The notes beneath the pieces are model-generated. The model searched no databases, was not told where the DNA came from, and saw only the letters and a list, made by a program, of their open reading frames with translations. From Perna viridis (lineage: Eukaryota), in NCBI GenBank assembly GCA_037379345.1, contig CM074517.1, positions 27,156,001 to 27,220,000 on the forward strand: a stretch of DNA of 64,000 nucleotides, in the 5' to 3' direction. The position numbers and the translations under genes were made by a program. Shown here piece after piece: positions 23,301 through 37,600 of the stretch; position 1 is the stretch's first letter; each line of letters starts with the position of its first letter.

Positions 23301-26300
23301 GTTCACAAAAAAGGTTATTAGTTAATCATCGGCTGTACCACAGACGACGCAGGGAAAAGAGGTGCCCAGTGTTAATACGATGTCATTCCCATACTTGTTA
23401 TACTGTACATGGAATTTTCTACTGTAAATTAGCAATGCACGACATCTCTTCAAATTTACAGTGAAACTCCCCAAGGTTGTAATAATAATTTTATATTCTC
23501 CTTATTTTCCCCCAGATTGTCCAGGAGTATGAGAGAGCGGTCATATTCAGACTCGGACGTGTACTCTCTGGTGGGGCAAAAGGACCAGGTGAGGGCTCAA
23601 CCATTTTGCTTCAGGGCAGACTATAGAATTTCATTTGAATATGCAGGACCGGACCTAGTTGTTTAGAAAGGATCTAGGGCCAGTGAATACGTCAGGACTG
23701 AACTTTTTACAAGAGCACTTTGATCGTTAATCCCAACAAACTGAAAGATTAATCTTAAACTAAAGTTTAACATTTCGCGCAATAAACAATATATACATGG
23801 AAAATTTATGTCATTTTTCATAATTAAACGAAAAACTTGTACTAGTCTAGGGAAGGGCATTACCAGAAATGAATTAGTCAACAAAACCTAGAACTATCAT
23901 TTTCTTGTCATTGTCACCATGGCATGACATCGTATTAAATTTTATCTATTTTTTGTAGGAATGTTCTTCATTTTACCGTGTCTAGACGATTTCAAAAAAG
24001 TGGATTTACGAACTGTTTCATACGATGTTCCACCCCAGGAGGTAATTTGATAATTTGAATTACAATTACATTGGAATCAATGTACTAGATAACTTTGGAA
24101 ATTTTAGTAGCAGGAAACAATGTGTACCAATCCAAAAAATACTCCATGAAAATTAAAACTGAAAGTAAAGAGAACCTTGGTTAAAAGCTAACTGCAAATA
24201 TCATACCCTAATAGGAAACAATAAATATAAGCTGGTACAATAAACAACAATGCAAAAACCAAATCAGAAAGAGCATGTACAGAAACCAACATTACCGGAG
24301 GTTATACATACTGAATATTACATGTAAAGATCTGGATCACATGCAGTATCAACGTGAGACTCTTATATCACCCCGTATAGGGCTATAGGTTGAGAGTTAA
24401 TACAGCATGTAATACAGATTTTGACAAATCATATATTTTAACCATGGTTTGTGAGGGGGTACATTATAGGATATGCGATATATGGTAGACGATACAAGGT
24501 TTAAACAAACATGAAAAAAAAGTTATATTTTGATATAAATATATGAGATATTGTCTGTAACAATTATAGCATATACAAACATGTTATTGAATACATATTT
24601 TTAAATATATATATATTTAAAAATATGTTTATCAGCATATTGATGATTTATGTATCTTTAGTTTCTGTGCACATCGCATGAGCCCTGCGAAATTGGGGGT
24701 CTATTTTTACTGGGATAGATTCAAGTCATCTGCGGTAAACCCAATGGTGTTGTTGACATACTATGTAAAGAACCATATGAAATCTTACTTCCTTGTTTTT
24801 GTTATGTTGAAACAAAATGTGTTACGGACTAATTTGATGATAACAATTACCGTACCATCCCATGTCTTCGTGACGGTTTGCCTTAATAAAATATTCATGT
24901 CATACTTAATATAGGCAGAATTTAATTGGAAATACATGGAATTTGATGAGTTGGGTTAGATTATTAATAAGACATGTTATTTAGAACATGTATTGTACAA
25001 AACTGGATGAAAATTCTTTCAATTAATGCACATGTTTTGCTTCACTTGAAGCAACTATGATGACCTGTAGATAACTTTCTGACTATTGAATATACTTCAT
25101 TTCCTTTCGTCTTTATTGTAATTTTTTTAATATATATTTTCGGTTTATTTTGTCTGAGTTGGCTCCCTGAAATGCAACTTTTATAATTGTGATATGTATA
25201 ATTCGATCATATATGATGAACTATATAAAAGTATACACTTGAAGGGTTTGGGAGGTTGAGTCACTAGATATCTAGCACTGCGACTGAAATTTCCGTTGTA
25301 GAAGATTAATACTTTTCATTTTAGATTTTAACAAAAGATTCTGTGACAGTAGCGGTTGATGCCGTAATTTACAGTAGAATATTTGATCCAACAATGTCTG
25401 TGTGTAATGTGGAGAATGCTGACGCTTCAACGCGTCTTCTTGCTGCTACAACGCTGAGAAACGTCCTTGGTACTAAAAATATGTCAGAAATTCTCAGTGA
25501 CAGAGATCACATCGCGCATGAAATGCAGGTAGATTCACTAATAAACTTATCTCAAGTATTGATAATGGAAGTAGAAACTAATTGTCCGAAGGAGTCATTC
25601 AACTTAGCATGGCATCGCTTAGTTTTCTTTCGGATTGTTAAATGCATACATGTAGCAACAAATTTTGTAAAAGTGCTGGTAAACAGAAGCTGAAAAGCTA
25701 AAAAAGCAGATGACGCTTACCCCATCGGTGCACCTGGTCCATGCTCCCAGTTTTTAGTGGAGTCCGAGTTGCTCATTTACTTTAGTTACTTTGTATGTAT
25801 GATTTTAGTTACTTAATGTTCTTTGTTGTGTATGTCTGTTTTCCATGTCTTGTCTTTGTCTCTGGATTACATTCTTTTGATTACCGCTATAACCTTGGTT
25901 CCCTTGATTACGCTTTCAAGCAGTAACAACTATTATAAATCATCTTTTTAGAGTCCTATATTAATTTTGGAGCATAAAACAATCCATTATTTTATCCAAG
26001 TACGTAAACCTAGCTTTCTAGTAATGGAAATGATAACAAAATAGTAAAATGTGTTTCCTGTATATTCATGAAGTTTCAGGATTGAGGAGTTATACCGTGT
26101 CTGAAACTTTTGGATTGGTCACACAGCCACTTCTTGTTTTATACCGGAAGTCTGTCTGAATTTTAATGTTCTTATTTAAATACGATTTTCATTAGGAAAT
26201 CATGGAAATTATTTTTTATACGGTATGCGCTTGTAAGTATTTGTAAGAATCAAGCAAATTTGAAAAATCAGAAACATGCTTGTAAAATCCACCCCGCCGA

Positions 26301-29203
26301 TCTGACAATATGATTTCCCTCATGGATGTATTTTTTATTTGAAAAGTCCATTATTTGATCTCTACAGCACTGGATTCCCTCAGTAATTTTTCAATAGAAT
26401 CTTAGAAAAAGGAGGTTTTTGACAGAGTTATCTGCCCTTGAAATATTCATGTTCAGTGCATTTCAATGAAACTGTAACTTTAAGGTCCAGTATGATATGG
26501 AAAATCTTGTCTGTTTTCCTGGATTCTGATGGTGCAAATAGTCAAATTACACTATCAAAATGATGTGTTTTTTTCACCGACTGCCATATTCTTACATGGA
26601 CTGACATTTCATCATGATAAATAGAACTAATTGTTTGATTGCAAGCAAGACCAGTCATCTTCCTTATAACTGGGAGTATATCTAAATTTCGGTATACAAT
26701 ATATATATATATATAGTTTTTTTCTTCAGTTATGACAAACATTGTCCGAAGCTAACGGTCTTGAAGTGTTCTTGTTCCTTGGACTTCTGCCTGAATTTCG
26801 GTGTATTTATATATTGAATATCTGCATTAAAGTTAAAATTTTAAACCATTCATCGAAATTATTGTTAGTATGATATGCAGCTTCAGTGTATGTATGATTA
26901 TTTTTCAGAGTCTACTTGATACGGCCACGGATCCATGGGGCATTCGCGTAGAACGAGTTGAAATGTAAGGTTATATACAACTGTGTATTACCTACTTAGT
27001 CTTTTCCCGCTAGTATGCACACTACATAAAACCACCACCAAAGATCATCTGCATGACAGTCTGCCTTGGAACTATCTGGTTTTCCATTTTCAATCCCTTT
27101 CTGTCATCTCCTTCTCCACTGATCCTCTCAGTGTCTCCTTGAATAGGTTTCCTCTCTTCCTTTTTCTACTTGGAGCACATTGTAATGCTACCCTGTTGGT
27201 GGCGTCTGGTTTAATTCTGAAATTAAAGCACGTGCCGAATCTATGTTCACTTCATGTTTATCTCAAACTATGGGGTGACTGATTTTCTTGTAAACCACTT
27301 CATGTGAGATTTTGTTTCCCATACGAGACCTACTATTCTGACTGAAAATGAATCTTGAAAACATGGGGACAAATCTACTGTATAAAATGATATTTAAAGA
27401 AACAAAAATACATCATATATAGTAAAGGAAGATATATTGAAACAAATGTAACGAGAAAGGATATAGTATATGTCAGAGACAACAACCTCATCTAGATGAA
27501 AAAATGTCAGCTCAAGGCTACCCATGGGTCTCCAATGAACGACGAGGAAACTTCACACCCCAGGTAAGACTGCAGCTGGCAACAAAACAACATTAAAGAT
27601 GGGTTCAGCGAAATAGTGGCCCCCATTGCATGTATACTGCAGCAACATAAAGTAAACTGAGAGTGAAAACGAAACAATACATACCGAGACCAGAATTCTT
27701 GACTTGGGACAGGGGCAAAAAATGTGGTTGGGTTAATTTAAAGTACTTTGGTGTGATCTGAAACTCCCTTTTAAATTGACCAGTTTTTACCAACAAAAAG
27801 GTATGTCCTCGTCGTATGTAATATATCAATCCCCATTCTTCCTATGCAGGGTTGAGAACCACGGTACATCATTAGTCATACAATTAGGCCACAACCCGTG
27901 TCATGCCGAAAACTACTTTTAAATATAGTGTGTTATTTCTAACTTATTAAGTGTTATTGCGAGCGGTCTTATTTACTGCGAAATACAATTCATATGAAAA
28001 TCCGTATCGTTTTCCTCTGAATGGCGTACAAGATATTTCAATGGATGCTCTTGATAATTTTGCAATTACTATTAAGTAAATAATTGTTGTTGCAGAAAAG
28101 ACGTGCGACTTCCGGTACAGTTGCAAAGAGCAATGGCAGCAGAAGCTGAAGCATCGCGAGAAGCACGTGCGAAGGTGAGTTCACTTCTTCTTGAACTAAT
28201 TGTTTTGGACCAAAAATGCATTCAAAAAGGGTTTGTATAATGGGGAATGAATATAATTCGAAATGTGATTCTACGTAAAATCTTGACAACAAGTAAAAAA
28301 ATCGTACTTTCCAGAATCTGTGTAGTAATCATAAAGGAACATGCATTTCATGAATCAACATAGCTATATTTGAGTCACCGATCACGAAGTAGAGGTGATT
28401 TTTTTTCTCTCCGTTTATTTTTAATTATTATCATTTTTCCATCATCTTTCGCTTCCCTGTACGAATTCGTAAGGCTGATCCTTACGAAACTTTGCCAGCA
28501 TATCCGGTAGCATATGAAGTTGTACTTAAGATAAAGGGCGCAGCCATTTTGAAAGGGCTGCCAAATATAAGAAAAACGTCAAAATATAGGAGATTGCAAT
28601 ATCTCTAAAAGTTGGCCAGGAACCTGAAATTTGATACAGTGGTAGAATTTGTCATATGAATAGACTATACAAAAAAGACCTGGAAACATATGTTGCCCGT
28701 TGCCATGGCGACTGATTTTTCAGCCAAAATGTCCCAGGTTGGATTAACTTTGATTTTTAGGGTGAAAATGATATGCTGAAACTTAATTTGGGGGTTTCTA
28801 GACCATTTCACAAATTGCTGTTGCCATGGAAACTTAATTTTTCGCTAAAACTTCAAAATGCTCCCATTTGTAAATTCAAAGTTTTCTGGGTGAAAGCAAT
28901 AACTGAACTTAAAACTTATGAGGCAATGTGCGTACGAGAGGTGAATTGCTACACGTTTCAAAGGCGTAAAATTTACTTGTTGATATGATATAATACATTA
29001 TTTTTTTTAATATTTAGGTGATAGCTGCAGAGGGTGAGCAACATTCGTCGCGTGCTCTGAAAGAAGCGGCAGATATAATGGCGTCAAGTCCAGCCGCGAT
29101 TCAACTCCGTTACTTACAGACTCTGAGCACGATAGCTTCCGAGAAGAATTCAACCATAGTTTTCCCATTGCCCATCGATATGTTATCGGCAATGTCGAGG
29201 TAG
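20304..29203 (+). CDS. STOM: Stomatin / band 7 (SPFH, MEC-2-like) protein, paralogue 1, ~272 aa
   Basis: Exons 20304-20319 (first exon less certain), 22681-22802, 23516-23588, 23959-24041, 25325-25528, 26909-26964, 28096-28174, 29018-29203. All introns GT-AG, phases consistent, 819 nt. Motifs: FFPFS hairpin, [87 protein letters not shown]. Confidence 0.95.
25695..25915 (+). mobile_element. Penelope-like retroelement 3' UTR fragment in stomatin-1 intron 5
   Basis: AAAAGCAGATGACGCTTACCCCATCGGTGCACCTGGTCCATGCTCCCAG ... CCCTTGATTAC. Confidence 0.8.
26232..26602. mobile_element. TIR MITE, copy of 30190-30558
   Basis: Direct similarity over ~370 bp (TTGTAAGAATCA...GATCTGACAAT...GATGGTGCAAATAGTCAAAT...TTCTTAC). 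Confidence 0.7.
27030..27300 (-). mobile_element. RTE-clade LINE 3' fragment
   Basis: Minus-strand remnants FG(H)[40 protein letters not shown] resemble the RTE C-terminal WxGHxxR...ALxWxPxGKRxRGRPxxTW pattern. Confidence 0.65.
27805..27930 (-). mobile_element. 3' fragment of the older Penelope-like family
   Basis: Matches 9095-9205 (TCAATCCC..TTCTTCC..TGCAG..GAACCACGGTACATCAT.AGTCATACAAT). Confidence 0.6.
28368..28981. mobile_element. Probable non-autonomous Helentron/HINE-like element in stomatin-1 intron 7
   Basis: Starts TTTGAGTCACCGATCACGAAGTAGAGGTGA, has internal repeated GTTGCCATGG(C/A) units, ends ...AAATTTACTTGTT. Assignment by resemblance only. Confidence 0.4.
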
Positions 29204-29779
29204 AAGCATTCAAGTTGAATGAATATTTAATAACTTTCGCAATTTGTCATGGTTGAATTAATGTAATTTCATTTCATGTTGTTGACTTTGATAGAAATGT
29301 GTAAATAATAAATGAAATAACATTTGATTCCGAAAAAGCATACTGAACAATTTTTTAAAATTGTAATTTATCTCTGTAGCATCTTCCTTTATGTACGTGC
29401 TTTCAATCAAGCGTGTTTTAGGGTATAGTTATTGTCCTCTTAAACAAACAATTGGATTAAGTCCCATGCCATAGTTGGCAAACAAAACTTTAGACTGGTG
29501 CATTTTTGTAGGTGACGAGTTGAAATAATCTTTGCAAAGGTCTTTAGAAATGAATCTTTAGATTAAGTCATGATGCTGGGGCCTTATGTTTGAATCTAAT
29601 GACAAATTGTATGGAGAAAAGGGTTCGGAACGGCAACAGTTGTAATCAATGAATATTGCAGTCATCCTTATGTGGATTTAGGGCCGGCGCAACGGGTGTG
29701 CGCTCTCGATCCTTTTAAAATTGCAGTTTATCAATTTTGACTGAAAAATTGATATTCTGTTGAGTTTCCAGGGTTAACT

Positions 29780-29781
<2 letters not shown>

Positions 29782-29851
<70 letters not shown>
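29782..29851. repeat. (CT)n microsatellite
   Basis: Direct observation. Confidence 0.95.
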
Positions 29852-29854
<3 letters not shown>

Positions 29855-30189
29855 TGATGACAAAAGAAAGTGCTATTTACTGATATATATATATTTTTTA
29901 ATTGGAAACACAATTACTAATTTCTAAATGAATAAAGATCAAATAAGGCTGTGAAGTGAATAACTTTTATACATATAAACACTGTTTGCTGTGTTGTATA
30001 TTGCATTTGATTGTATGTTTTCAATAAATACAATTTATCTGTATGTCAATTTGTATGACCTCTTGATTTGAACCATGCATATGAAATTGCGAGCATAAAC
30101 GTAATTTAGTGTAATTTGCTCTTTTGCAATGCTTGGATATGTATACAGCATCAAAGTTTTCTGCTGAGTGACAACAGCGCCGAGAACGT

Positions 30190-30558
30190 TTAAGTGTAAG
30201 TGTTTGTAAGAATCAGGCAAAATGGGAAAAATCAGAAACGTGCATGTCAAAACCCCACCGATCTGACAATAAATAAAAAGACCATTATTTTATCTCTGCA
30301 TCACTGGCTTTACTTATAAATTTTCAATAGAATCTTAGAAAAATGAGGTTTTTGATAGAATTAACTGCCCTTGAAATATTAATTTTCAGTGCATTTCAAT
30401 GAAATTGTAACTCAATGGTTCAGCATGATATTGAACATCTTGTGTGTTTTTCTTGATTTTGATGGTGCAAATAGTCAAATTTCACCATCAAAATGATGGG
30501 GCTTTTATATACCAGGTTTCACTTACTGCCTGATTCTTACAGGGACTTATACACTTAA
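30190..30558. mobile_element. TTAA-flanked TIR MITE
   Basis: TTAAGTGTAAGTGTTTGTAAGAATCAGGCA ... TGCCTGATTCTTACAGGGACTTATACACTTAA. Confidence 0.75.
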
Positions 30559-32203
30559 GAAGTACGTGTTTATTAAATATAAAGAGTCCTTTATACCTAA
30601 CTCAGATACATGTAGTTTTCCTTTTCAAAACTAGAAACGATATGATTGTATTCACTTTCTTATTGGGTGGCAATGTTTGCAAAAAGCGGTATTCTATACT
30701 ATATAATGGCAAACGTAACACAAATAAACTGGAAAATACTTGACATTACGAACGAACACAAAAAAATGGAGTAAGTAAACAATCGTGATTCTGTAAATGA
30801 GACTTTGACCAAGTGCCGCGGTATGGTAAGCGAGTCCTTCCTTTTGCAGAAATTATCCCAGAGATACTCATATCAAATTAGGTAAATAACGATTGGGACA
30901 ACACCTATGAGGAGCGTAGAATAGTAACGTATTCTCAGTAATGGTATTTGATAAACAACATCACCAGGAAATCGACATAGTAACTATACAATTAAAGATC
31001 TTGTTGATTATACACTGTACATACTAGTAATAGTATTCGAATTCCTAGATTTTGTTAGCTGATATGGTAACAGGCCTGAACGTTAACGCAGCAGCTCAGC
31101 TTATTCTGACTGAGTTCTTCAATCAGGTATCTCGAATGATGGGACCCACCACCAACACGCTTTGGTCTTCTACTAAACAGCTACAGATAATAACAGCCCA
31201 TGTGAGACCGGAAAGGGTAATCAATACCGTATAAAAAAAAACAACCAGCATTTCCGCGTGTCTTCTGAGAATTAGACGTGTAATTATAGTCAATTCATTT
31301 TTTCCTTTCAAGACAACTATGCAAATTAATTATTTTGTGTCTGTGAGTTCAATACTTTTAGTAGAATCAACAGAAACCACCATTAGTAAACAACGCTAAA
31401 ACATAATTGTATTCAAGAAACAATAGAAACTAAACAGAAATTAAACCAACAATCATAACTTCATTGTTCTTGTTTAAACAATAAAAGTATAGAATATAGA
31501 TATGGTTTTCCGTGTTACACAGATGTACATATAATAAAATACAACTTAAGTGTAACCAATTCATAAGGATCATATTACAAGAGATACTCGGATATTCCGG
31601 GTATAAGGCTATGAGATCTTTCCACTCTGATTCGACCTTTGAGATTAAAGGTGGCTGTGACATAACTTATCCGGTAACTGTGTTGCAGTTCTGTTTTCAT
31701 ATTTAATTCAAACCTTGACCGAATTTTCTAGTCCATCATAAGGGACAGTCAACGAAGCCGAAGTTTCCATATGTAACATTTAAACGGTATGTACTTTTAC
31801 TTACTATTTTTATGAAAACGACAAAATTATCCAATTGTTTCCGTTTAAATGCATGAGTGCTAAGGCCAAAAGGAAAATAAGCTTGTTAAAGGTTTCATGC
31901 CTTAAAATAGAGTTGATAGGAAGTGATTTCTTCTCTTTTTTTTACATTTTTCTACCTTGAGTTAATGGGTAAGAAATCTACAGTAGTTTATTAACGGTAC
32001 CTATGCAATAATGTCAATAGAAAGCTAGGGTTCTGCACCAAAAACAATAGTAATTAGGGAAACCTTAAACATGTTTTTTTCTTATTTGATCCAAGTTGTA
32101 AGTCGCTAGGGGAAACATTATTGTTATTCAGTTCTTTGTTGTGTTCATGTGCATGCATATTCTATGCTATTTGTTCAATTTCAATATTTTTGCCAATAAT
32201 ACG

Positions 32204-32428
32204 CAGGGGCGAATTCAGGCGGGGCGTGGCGAGCGTGCGCCCCCTAAAATTTGCAAAGCATGGGTTGTCAGGGGTGAATTTAGGCGGTTTTAGATTGAAA
32301 CTTTAATTAACTTGAAATTTTACCACAAAACATATCTACATTGCACCCACTCTAGAATATTTCAGAAATTAAACCTAAAAAATTTTTAACTGTGCCCCCT
32401 CATAATTTACATCCTGGATCCGCCCCTG
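32204..32428. mobile_element. GC-rich MITE with 5-bp TSD
   Basis: ATACG|CAGGGGCGAATTCAGG ... CCTGGATCCGCCCCTG|ATACA. Confidence 0.75.
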
Positions 32429-33192
32429 ATACATGTCAAATGCGTGCCTTTCCTCGATTCCCCAGAAGGTCAAAATTGTAAAATGACATACTTTTCAGAA
32501 ATTAAAAACCAAGACAATTTGTCTTTTTGGTACTCATGAGACATAGTTATACATTCCTAAATTTAGACTTTGAATTTAGTTGATTTGTAAGATGAAATTG
32601 TCATCTATTGTTGGCCTTATTTTCGTATTTCTTTAATCGCGATGGTTTATCTAAAGTATTCCCGACGATCAGTAGGGTTTTATATTCCCACTAAAAGTGC
32701 CGTGACGGGACTACGGTACGTTTTTGTCCGTCTTTCCGTACCACATAACCAATTTATGTCAAGTCTTCCATGCTGCTGATAACAGGTTTTTTCCATGAAA
32801 CACGTGTACAGCATATTTATTTATAAGTTATAAGCTCCCAGGTGACCGGCAATGGTAATTAGGACAGTCAATAGATTTGTTGAAGGGTGGGGCGTTGTCA
32901 AAGTTGGAAAGAGTAAAGATGCGTGGTTTGTATTGATGGTTTTCCGCCACAGAAGGCCCTACTCCACCACTTTTAACATATGGTGTCAAAACGACTGAAT
33001 TATAGATTACTTTTTTTATCAATGGAGCAACTTATTAGTAGCTAAAATAGCTTTGAATTCAGCTGTCTTTGGGTTAATTATATAGTAGACATGCTGTCAC
33101 AATATTTAAAATAAATATTTATTGAAGAGCACGATTCAAATATAACTTTGATACCATGTTTCGAAGTCATTGTATTCTTAATTAAAATCAAT

Positions 33193-34601
33193 ATGTTACT
33201 TCAAAGGTAAGTCTGAAGCATTTGTTTATTTTTTTCGTTTCATCATACGACAAAAAAAACACCTTAAAGTTATGAATATTCGCTTGTTACATGACTTCTC
33301 CTATGTAAGTGTTACCGCCATGAAGCTGTCACCTATAATGCTATAAAATTATCATGAGAATATACACACACACACATCGATTTGTTTACATTGTGGTTCA
33401 TTTCGTTACCATGACAACATGTAATTTATCTTCTTCCGGTTTTGACGCTGTGGTCTTATGAGACGTTAAACAATTTGAATTAATTTCTACTCAAAAGGTA
33501 GGCCATGAAAACAATATTTACACACACTGCATCGTTATACATTATAGTTGTTGCATCACTTGTTAATGTTAGGATCAATCTCTTGTATTTATCAATTCCC
33601 GCAGCGCCATAAAGCTTAACTTACTGATTAATCTATAGAAGCTGCATCTGTTGTTTTCGTATGAATAGCGACGATTATCAAATATTTATGCTAATGCATA
33701 ATGGTTTACATAGAGCGAAGTTCATGGCAAGTTTACTACGTGCGTATAAAATAATTATCTTTTTTCTATAATTAGGTGGTCGTCATTATATTAAAAACTT
33801 ATTACGTTTTAATTAATTAACATGCAGTAACTATTTGAAAGCAACTTAAGTATGCTAAATTAAGTGATTGTCCAAAAAGATAAATGTATATTAGATTGGT
33901 TTTAATTTCTTAGACATTTACATGTACGTTTATGCTGTAAATAATGTTGTGTCTTATTTGTGTATGTTGCAAGCCCTGAGGTACGTGTATGTTTAAGAAA
34001 TATAACACATGGTTTTCTCCACATTTAAGTGGTAAGGTAACTAGACAGCTACAAGTCCCTTTTCAATATATATGACACTGAGATATGCGTAATTATTCGC
34101 CACTGGACTTCGCAGCTTAATTTCTAGGGGAGAGCAAATTTTCGAACTTCTTGCTGAGGACTTCTAGGAAAATAGTCGATCGAATCCAACCAAGTTGATA
34201 GTTTATTTACTCCAATTAAATCTATCTAATATGACAAATGTGGGCCTACTAATTACTTCATTCATCGAGTACATGTAGGGACTAATAGATCATTATTTTA
34301 CTTTCTGTTCAGACGATCTTCGCAGTCAGCCAATAAGATGTAACCTTTTGTGATATTAAAAGTATTTAAATGGCAATCCATATAAAATTCAGACACTACC
34401 AAAATAAAGTGATTCATGGTGTAGAAAAACTCACCGAACTACCAATGCTTTTTGAAGCTACATATTCTATATTTTTACATAATAATTCTTTCTTTATTCA
34501 GATCTGTATTTTTGAGAAAATCATACTTTCATCTCCCACTAAAATCAACCAAATTAAATAAAATCAAGAACGGTAACTCTTGCAACGTGGTAATTTCATG
34601 T

Positions 34602-34692
<91 letters not shown>

Positions 34693-37600
34693 TCAAAAGC
34701 GCAACAACCAAATGGTGAACTAAGACTGATTATGTGATCAGTAACTGTCAACAAAAAATACAGGTGAGTTCGGTGGGTTTTTAACAAACATGAATAACCT
34801 AAGACCTTCTGTCTGCTTTTTATAAAGACTGTTAAACCCGAGGGTTCAGAAAATGTCTTTTAAACAGAAAATAAAAATGGAGCGTTGTTAGATCAATTGT
34901 ATTGCATCTTACAATGACTTGTAAACATTGATAATTACCTCGATCAGTGCTTACTTAACAGCTTTTTCTCTAAATTTACAGCAAAAATATATAACCCATG
35001 CATGTGATACAATTTCAACGTCTTAAACTTATCTTTCAGTTTTAATTGAGTTTCAAATTCCTCAAATATAACACGCATGTGCAATCTTTTCTAAAACAAT
35101 CTTTATCGTATGACAGCAACCATTAATTCAATCTATGTTTAAATCAATCTAACACAAGAGTACGCGTCATATGAACCGTCGCAATTGTACTATCTTACAA
35201 GTAATCCACGACCTCAGTTTATATTTGACATTACTTTATTGATTTTGCAGCTATTTATTGCTAAAACTTTAATTCCTGGAACTCTTGTTATCGTGTTTTA
35301 TAATAGCTTCTAGTCCCATGTGATCCACTAATTGATCGCTGGTAATTAGTGACTCTGTTCCGATAGTAAGATAACAACGTTTCTTTACATATCTCTCTTG
35401 TTTTGAACATATTTTTAGATCCAATCTGGCTGATAAAAATCCGGAATTAGAACGGTTGCAAGACGGAATGGAGCAACAAAAAGGTATGTCATCAAAACAC
35501 TTGTTTTCTACTTGTTATACAGGCATTTCCCCCTGACAGAGTAGACTCGCGTTTGCGTGAGTTGTCTTCCCTTAATAGCAATGTCTACTTGGGGGAAATA
35601 ATTATTTATTTCTTCAATAATGTGTAAGCATGGAAACGACAGCAGACATTTATTGATATTATGTAATAACTTAACAGAGTAAAATTAATGTGCATGGGAC
35701 TGTCATGCATCTGTAGGAAGAAATTATTCCTGCAGAAGAGACAAAGTGGATACAAATCGGGCTTTAAACCTTAAAAAATAACTGAAAGTAACCAGTTTTC
35801 TTTAAAATATCAATGGGCTTTGGTTAATTTTGCTGTTCTGTTTGTGTGTGTTTTCAGCGAGTTTTCCTGTCTAGCAGGTCAGTGTTTATTCTTAATATAT
35901 AAGTATTCTGATTATTGGTTTCAGAGACTGATGGCGATCTTGGGATTTGTGGCTACATTCTGTTTGCATTGTCCCTGTTCTTAGTTGTAATCTTCTTCCC
36001 ATTCTCACTGTGTTTAACAATAAAGGTAAGTAAAGCAAGTTTGGAAAGGAGTCAAGTTTACCAGGTATGACCGAGGTAATGATTTTAATTAATTATCTAG
36101 GGGGTGTAAGACAGAATATTTTTTTTCAACTTCTTCGGGGCCAGAATATTTATTTCCAAAATCTGCTAGGTCCCATCTCAGAAACAAATAAGCATCTCCT
36201 TAGCCCAATGAATGATTACATACATATCCTCTAGAGCCTTAGTTCTCATCACAATCCTTCCATCGTAATAAGCCCTGTGTTTGATTGCATACAGTACGAC
36301 TAACCGATATATCCTGGAATGTTGAACGTATCAGTTTTTTTTTAGATCATTTACTCATTGATTATGTCTGTATACAGTTCTGATTCTATTGTCAGCCAGA
36401 AAGTGATTTGTATGGAACGCCTAAACTGTCTGATGAGATACACGTTTATTTATGTGTTGTCAGTTTTATATTACTTGCTGTGGCTTTATAATTACATGTG
36501 GTCATTTTGTATTTACGTTATGTAGGAACATCATTACACTATGTCGTTTTGTCTTTACGTTCTGTCGTTTTATGATTGCGTTATGTCAACATATATTTAC
36601 GTTATGTGGATTTATCTTTACGAGCAGCGGATTTTTTATTACGTGAGCTCGTTTTGTCTTTACGTTATGCCGATCTCTAAATACTTTAAATGCATCTTTC
36701 TTTTCTTTACGTGCAGTGATTTCTTCTTTAAGTGATGTGGACAAAATGTCATGATGACGTGTCACCCCGGAACTTTTCGATCGTGTAAACTTCAAATCAA
36801 ACCGTAAAAGGCTAAATACACGTCACAACGCCGATTAAAAAAGTGCTGGACGAAATTAATTTGGGTAGTCTATAAATTAACTTCATTATACAAAATGAAA
36901 GAGTAATTCATCGACAAGGAATGCAAAGAAAATGCAATTGGCCATGAACTACTTCTAATGCTTTGAACAAGCCAAAGTAATTTGAAGTTTTAGTGATGAA
37001 AAGTGAAAAAAAAAATAAAGAAAAATCTAATATATACATACGATTTCACTTTATTTTTTTTCACTTTTTCTTCACCAGTTAAACGTCAAATTACTGTGAA
37101 CAAGCGCTCCTGTTTTACATGGGAGTAAGGGAATACATGAAATTACAAAGTATCAACATGCAGCAATATTCCAACAGTCAAAACTACAAAGGAAAGTGAG
37201 TCAAGATCAACACAGTCAAACATCATAGCCACCCATAATCGGTTCAAACAATAATCACAAAAACAGGAGTGGTTCCAGGTGTTCCTGAATGGTATACAAA
37301 TAGTACGTCGGCTGAGATAACTCACACCCCCCCCCACACACACACACACACACCCACCATCACTCATCGACCAAAATATGATTTTCAGCTTCCCTTATAT
37401 CTCCCATTTACGAATTATTTTGTCGCAAAAAAAAATTAAAGCATTTTTGTATTTTTTTTGGCTACTTTTTATACCTTGTTGAGGCAAAAATTATTGTTTT
37501 TACGTTTTTTTCTTATTCTTGGAACATCATTCTTTTTTTCTATACAACGAAGTAAATTTACATATGTATGAATCAACATATATCCCAATGTCTCAGCTTT

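Noticed and set aside
23200-23310. tRNA-like sequence on the minus strand (also ~52520-52620 on plus)
   Set aside because: Only vague A/B-box resemblance and no cloverleaf; at most decayed SINE heads.
35858-35877. Possible micro-exon in stomatin-2
   Set aside because: 20 nt, introduces a TAG in frame and leaves a 47-nt intron.
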